Made by a program: the position numbers and the translations under genes
Origin: the human T2T-CHM13v2.0 reference genome, Homo sapiens
Assembly (NCBI RefSeq): GCF_009914755.1
Contig: NC_060937.1
Strand: one strand, 5' to 3'
Length of the DNA: 64,000 nucleotides
Shown: positions 57,815 to 64,000 of the stretch, one piece after another
Position numbering within the stretch: position 1 is the first letter of the stretch
How the letters are laid out: the number at the start of each line of letters is the position of its first letter
The notes under the pieces: generated by a model
Seen by the model: only the letters and a program-made list of their open reading frames with translations
What the model was told of the DNA's origin: nothing
Databases searched by the model: none

Positions 57815-58890
57815 CGGCGGACCTGCGGCCGTGGGCTCAGGGTCAGGGAGGGCAGCGGACGCCCACACAACACGGAGGACCTGCGGCCGCGGACCTGGGA
57901 TCAGGGTGGGCAGTAGACGCCCACACAACATGGAGGACCCGCGGCCGCGGGCTCGGGGTCAGGGCGGGCAGTGGACGCTCACACACAGAGGACCTACGGC
58001 CGCGGGCTCGGGGTCAGGGTGGGCAGTGGACACTCACGCAACATGGAGGACCTACAGCCACGGGCTCGGGGTCAGGGCAGGCAGTGGACGCTCACACACA
58101 GAGGACCTACAGCCGCGGGCTCGGGGTCAGGGCAGGCAGTGGACGCTCACACACAGAGGACCTACAGCCGCGGGCTCAGGGTCAGGGTGGACAGTGGATG
58201 CCCACACAACACAGAGGACCTACGGCCACAGGCTCGGGGTCAGGGCGGGCAGTGGATGCCCACACAACACGGAGGACCTGCGGCCGTGGGCTCGGGGTCA
58301 GGGCAGGCAGCGGACGCTCACACACGGAGGACCTGCGGCCGCGGGCTCGGGGTCAGGGTGGGCAGTGGACACTCACGCAACATGGAGGACCTACAGCCGC
58401 GGGCTCGGGGTCAGGGCAGGCAGTGGACGCTCACACACAGAGGACCTACAGCCGCGGGCTCGGGGTCAGGGCGGGCAGTGGACGCTCACACACGGAGGAC
58501 CTGCGGCCGCGGGCTCGGGGTCAGGGTGGGCAGTGGACACTCACGCAACATGGAGGACCTACAGCCGCGGGCTCGGGGTCAGGGCAGGCAGTGGACGCTC
58601 ACACACAGAGGACCTACAGCCGCGGGCTCAGGGTCAGGGCGGACAGTGGATGCCCACACAACACAGAGGACCTACGGCCACAGGCTCGGGGTCAGGGCGG
58701 GCAGTGGATGCCCACACAACACGGAGGACCTGCGGCCGTGGGCTCGGGGTCAGGGCAGGCAGCGGACGCTCACACACGGAGGACCTGCGGCCGCGGGCTC
58801 GGGGTCAGAGCGGGCAGCAGACGCCCATACTCAGAGGACCTGCAGCCACAGGCTTGGGGCCGGGGCAGGCAGCAGACGCCCACAAAACCC
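57815..58890. repeat. 56-58-bp CpG-rich VNTR (ggaggacctacagccgcgggctcggggtcagggcaggcagtggacgctcacacac)
   Basis: About 19 copies. Confidence 0.96.
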
Positions 58891-60546
58891 ACACCTGTGT
58901 TGTGCGGGAGTCACGCACCAGCGCCTCTGCCAGACCAAACCTGCCCCCTCAGGGCCAGCCCTGCTGTGGTAGAAGGCGCCACTGGGCCACGTCCTCAGGA
59001 AACGTGGGGAGCAGGAGACAGGATGGCCATCGAGGATGCAAGGCCTCAGCGAGGAGGACCTCAAGCCTTGCCCTGGGCAGGGTCCTCGAACACCCTCCCG
59101 GCAGCCCAGGGCCCTCTGAGGCTCGGCCTTCATTGCCGGGCAGGGGTCCCTGACCAGAACCGGCGGCCGAGCTGGAGGAGAAGAAAGTGGCCAGACAGAG
59201 TGACTGGAGGACAGAGGTGGAAGCTGAGGACGAGAAGCCAAGCTGGAGAGACAGAGTGGGGAGGTGGGCGGGGGAGACGCACCTCGACAAGCGCACTCAG
59301 AAATCGGAAAGAGGGGCTTTGAGCAGCAACACAGCCAGATGTGGCCAGAGAGCTGTGGACGCACACCGGAGGGTGTGGAAGCTGCTGGGAGCTGTTCAAG
59401 AGAGAAAAGGGCGGGGCGCTGGGAGCCGCCAGGACAGCGCAGTTCACAACCAGTGGATGCCGAACGCCGTTCATTCCAGGGATTCACAGGCAGGAAGTCA
59501 GCCCAGGAGGCTGTTGAGGACCAGCAGGACCCAGTGGGATGCGCAGGGCGGGGCCTACACAGACGGGGGTTGGGGGGGGACTGGGAGCTCCACGACATGC
59601 CGGCCTCCTTGAGGGCAACAGGGCGCCTCTGAGAAGACTCTGGACCATGTAGCAGTTAGATTTGAGTAGCAGTCTTGTTATAAATGTTTTCGGCTTTAGG
59701 ATTTTTTTAAGAACCCCAACTTTCTGAGGGCCTTCAGTGGATGAGGCTGCATGTGAATTTTATGTGCAGTTTCCAGGTTAAGGCAGCACTGAGTGGAGAG
59801 AAGCCAGTGGCTCCTCACTGCACAGCTCTGGTCTGGGCGCCTGGCTCTCCAGGAGTCGGTTTTCTAACCGGGCCCATCGCGCGTGTGGGACGGGGAGGCA
59901 GGAGCCACGGCTAAGCCGGAAGCCTCAGGCTGAAAGCAGCTCGGCCCCGCGCAGCCACGGCCAACTCAACTCAGCAAACACACGCTGCGCTGCAGAGGCC
60001 CCGTCCCCAGTCCTGTGTCCCAGTGGGTGAGGACACACACAGCCCTGAGAGACGGCAGAGGTGTGGGAGCATCTCAGCACAGGGTGAGCCCTCAGGAAAC
60101 ATGGTCATCACCACCCCCACACATGGACGAACATGGCAAGACACACTTGGCACCAAGGGCTGAGATGGCAGAACCGAGGCCCTAGGACGGCCCATGCTTG
60201 CACAACCGAGGGTGGCCCTAGGTTTGGGGATGTGACAGAGCTGAGGTGCCGGAGGAGAAGCTGATCCAGGGGCTGGAAACTCGAGGGCCTGATGGACCAA
60301 AACCTTGGTGTGAGTCGCAGGTGGTGCAGCTGCTGGAAGGAGCTGGTGGAGCCTCAGCTGCATCCAGGGCACCTGGGAGGCGCCTGTCCTTGAACCTCTG
60401 GCTGGTGGCACCTGGGAGGCGCCTGTCCTTGAACCTGTATCTACAGCAGCTTCTCGGCGTCAGACACACAAGCCCTGAGTGTCCTGTGTTGCTTTAGGGA
60501 TTACAGGATGAATATCTGTTGCTTTGAAAGCTGTGAATTTATGAAA

Positions 60547-61117
60547 TGTAGAAAGTAAAAAGTTTCCTCTTCAAAGTTTCCCTTCTTGTTAAAGAATAAA
60601 TCATAAGTGTTAGAAATAATAGTTTCTTTTAAAGACTAACTTCCTTCAAGCCTCCTTGCTTTGTGCTAATAACTCTTTGTTAAGCTCTATCCTGTGTAGC
60701 TGTTGGACGTGCCCACAGGCTCGTAATATATTGTGTCCTTGTACCTTAACCAAGGCAATTGTGTTAGACGTACTCATAGGCATGTCCCAGCTCACAGCCT
60801 ATGCCCCTTCCTTATTTAAACATATTATTATTTTTCTACCTATTTAAAAAAGTTTTAAATTATTAGCCAATCAGGTCTTAATTTAGATTGTGAGGTCCGG
60901 CTCCAGGCAATGGGGACAGGACACGACAACAGGAACCTCGTGCGTAAGGAATAAATATTCTGGCGTCTCTTTATTCTGTGTGTGCCCTTGCCATTACTCC
61001 TTCTGCCAGGGACACCCTTTCTGCAGAAAGTAAAAATTGCCTCGCTGAAAGAACTTTTTGTCTAAATGCTAATTTTTCCTTATGGCACCGAAGAACAAAC
61101 ATTTTGCATTTCTAACA
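60547..61117 (+). mobile_element. LTR10-like (HERV-I family) solo LTR with perfect TSD TGAAA
   Basis: TG...CA termini; tgaaa at 60542-60546 and 61118-61122; internal AATAAA; the start TGTAGAAAGTAAAAAGTTTCCTCTTCAAAG is recalled as LTR10. Confidence 0.8.
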
Positions 61118-61264
61118 TGAAATGTGTGTATTGCAAATGTTATTGGTTAATATATGATTAAGTTAAATGAAGGTGATTTTAAGAAAAATAGCAATGTAAG
61201 TAATGCCACTGGGGTATGGTCCACCAGTGACCCAGAGATGATCCAGGTTTCAGCAGATGGCTCT

Positions 61265-62340
61265 AACAGAGTATCCACAAAAATAGACAAATGGGACTTA
61301 ATTAAACTAAACAGCTTCTGCACAGCAAAATAAATAACCAACAGAGCAAACAGACGACCTGCAGAATGGGAGGATATTTGCAAAGCACAGATCCAATAGG
61401 GGACTAACAGCCACAATTTAGAAGGAACTCAAACAACTTAACAAAAAAAATAAAAATTAAAAAAAAATTTAAAAGTGGCCAAAGGACAGGGGGATAGACG
61501 TTTTTCAGAAGACAAATGGCCAACAAGCATACGATATAAAGCCCAGCGTGGCTCATCACCTGAGGAATGAGAGCCAGAGCTGCCTGTGACCCCACCTCAC
61601 GCCAGGCAGAACGAAGCCACCTGCGACCCCAGCTCACGCCAGGCAGAATGGTGCCGCCTGAACCCAGCTCACGCCGGGCAGAATGGCTGGGATCAAATAA
61701 AACACGGAAAAATGACAGACGCTGCAGAGCTGTGGAGGACGTGAGCGCTTGCACGCTGTGGGGAATGGAAATTAGCGCTTAAGGAAACCCACGGAGATTT
61801 CTCAAGGAGCTAAAGGCAGAGCCGCCATTCGATCCAGCAATCCCACACCAGGCCCCACCCAAAGGAAGAGCAATTACCAAAAAGACACCTGCATGCGTAT
61901 GTTTACCGCTGAACCACTCACAACAGCAAAGACACGGAATCCACGTGTCCACCAACGGACGACTGGATAAAGAAAACGTGGCATAAATACACCACGACAT
62001 GCTACTCCACCATCAAGAGGAAGGAAATCTTATGTTTTCCAGCAACGTGAACGGAACTAGAGGTTGTTATCTTAAGGGAGATGACTCAGAGACGAAAAGC
62101 CAAACGCCCCATGTTCTCACTGGTCCATAGGAGATAAACACGGAGGGGCGGGGCGCTCTGGGACACGTATTCGGAATCACAGACTGAGGCCTCGGAAGGG
62201 TGGAGGCGGGAGCGGGAGAGGAATGAGAAATTACTCAGTGGGCACAAAGTGCCCGTTCAGGTGACGGTTTCACGAGAAGCCCCATCCAATACAACTGCAC
62301 TTGTGCCCGACATGTTGGCAAACACATAAAAAATACAGGA
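61265..62340 (+). mobile_element. L1 (L1PB/L1MA-like) 3' fragment
   Basis: aaatagacaaatgggacttaattaaactaaacagcttctgcacagcaaaa and later L1 ORF2-end/3'UTR motifs. Confidence 0.88.
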
Positions 62341-62809
62341 ACATGGTCCACACCAGGCAGAGCAAAGCCCCGAGCGGGAGTGGGAGCCGGGCCACAGGAC
62401 GGGGTTGGTGGAAACGGGCAGACGTGTCAGTTATGTAAGGAAGGTTGATGGGCTCTGATGCTCCAGGGACCTCTGGGTGGAGGTTGAGGGAGGACAGGCC
62501 TGTGTCAGAAACACGGGGTGGCTGTGGGACACAGACGTCCCCCTCCAAGGTCACCGAGAAGGTGGCAGGAGGGGTCCCAGGCTGAAGGTGCAGGGGCCAG
62601 ACCCCCAGGGCTGTCCCCTCTGACTCTGGTTCCCTGACCAAAGAGCCCTCGGGAGCCTGGAGGGAAGGCCAGCCCCAAGTGCGGGTGTGGACAACACGGC
62701 CAGTGGTACAGAAATCACAAGGCTGCTGGCCAGCAAGGGAGGAGGCTGCCCCCGACTAGGGAGTCTTCTGGAATGTGCTGGGTGCTCTGGGGACTGGGGG
62801 CCCCCATCC

Positions 62810-63520
62810 CTTTCTCCCCTCCGGCCCTGCCGGATGCCACCTTACCCTTCTCCCCGCTCCTGCCCTGCCGGACACCACCTTACCCTTCTCCCCGCTCCTG
62901 CCCTGCCGGACACCACCTTACCCTTCTCCCCTCCTGCCCTGCCGGACACCACATTACCTTTTCTCCCCTCCTGCCCTGCCGGACGCCACCTTACCCTTCT
63001 CCCCTCCTGCCCTGCCGGACACCACATTACCTTTTCTCCCCTCCTGCCCTGCCGGACGCCACCTTACCCTTCTCCCCTCCTGCCCTGCCGGACACCACCT
63101 TACCCTTCTCCCCTCCTGCCCTGCCGGACGCCACCTTACCCTTCTCCCCCCTCCTGCCCTGCCGGACACCACCTTACCCTTCTCCCCTCCTGCCCTGCCG
63201 GACACCACCTTACCCTTCTCCCCCCTCCTGCCCTGCCGGACACCACCTTACCCTTCTCCCCCCTCCTGCCCTGCCGGACACCACCTTACCCTTCTCCCCC
63301 CTCCTGCCCTGCCGGACGCCACCTTACCCTTCTCCCCGCTCCTGCCCTGCCGGACACCACCTTACCCTTCTCCCCACTCCTGCCCTGCTGGACACCACCT
63401 TACCCTTCTCCCCACTCCTGCCCTGCTGGACGCCACCTTACCCTTCTCCCCCCTCCTGCCCTGCCGGACGCCACCTTACCCTTCTCCCCTCCTGCCCTGC
63501 CAGACGCCACCTTACCCTCC
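62810..63520. repeat. 36-38-bp VNTR abutting a RASA3 exon donor
   Basis: About 19 copies of cttacccttctcccc(c)ctcctgccctgccggac(a/g)ccac. Confidence 0.97.
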
Positions 63521-63524
63521 TTAC

Positions 63525-63598
63525 CCTTCTTTAAGCACGATGGGCTGCTCAACACTCTTGGGGTCTCTTCTCCCCGAGGACGAAATCAGATCCAAGAA
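63525..63598 (-). CDS. RASA3: RASA3 coding exon (probably exon 18): FLDLISSSGRRDPKSVEQPIVLKE(G), end of GAP region and start of PH domain
   Basis: Acceptor ccaactttag|TTC, donor GAAGG|gtaagg; 74 nt, phase joins the next exon (GG+G=Gly). Peptide recognised as RASA3. Absent from the ORF track. Confidence 0.93.
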
Positions 63599-64000
63599 CT
63601 AAAGTTGGAAGAAATCAGGTCACCGGGAGGAAGCCACACATCTGACGTGCACGGCTCTCTGTATAACAACAGCGTCGGCGGCTACTGCCTCCTTTGTAAT
63701 ACCGGTGGAGACAGAATCTGGGCAAGTGAGTCCTTCCCCGAGGGCTGTGGGGCCTCTGCTCCCCACTGTGCCACCCCAGCCCCGGCACTGCCACAGAGAT
63801 CTCAGGTGAGAGGCCGGGCTCAGGCAACACCTGGGGATCAACCTGCATCTCCAGAGGCCACCCAGGGGTGACTCTAAGCAGGGAATCTGGGTCCCGGTAG
63901 TGAGGAGGCTCAGGCATCCCTGACTGTGGGGAGGAGCAGAGCCCTGGGGCCTGGAGGTTGCCCCCACGCACCGCGTTCCTGACTGTGGGGAGGAGCAGAG

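Noticed and set aside
57700-59322. 540-aa ORF
   Set aside because: Mostly VNTR translation followed by GC-rich stop-poor sequence, with no recognisable domain.
62687-63871. 394-aa plus-strand ORF
   Set aside because: VNTR-derived; the real coding segment is the minus-strand RASA3 exon 63598-63525.

Overview
Human (or closely related primate) genomic DNA that is GC-rich and packed with minisatellites; the gene content places it at subtelomeric 13q34. Two spliced genes lie on the minus strand. (1) The 3' part of RASA3 (GAP1-IP4BP): seven coding exons (63598-63525, 57501-57395, 56237-56155, 53349-53141, 49226-49123, 42502-42319, 40062-39987) encoding the PH and Btk domains and the C-terminus, followed by a ~1.55 kb 3'UTR ending near an ATTAAA at 38445-38450. 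(2) The complete 7-exon, 212-aa CDS of C13orf46 (34854 to 17626), which includes a GC-AG intron. The remainder is Alu, LTR (MER4, MER21, THE1, MST, MLT1, LTR10-like), L1 and MIR elements plus more than 20 tandem arrays (about 15 kb). Almost all long entries in the ORF track are repeat artefacts. The most striking observation is a VNTR directly behind a RASA3 exon built from copies of that exon's own 5' splice site (19 extra donors); use of any of them reads straight into a stop codon. A second RASA3 intronic array carries dozens of TGG|GTGAGT donors. Gene names, exon numbers and repeat subfamily names come from recall of known sequences, not from a database search.
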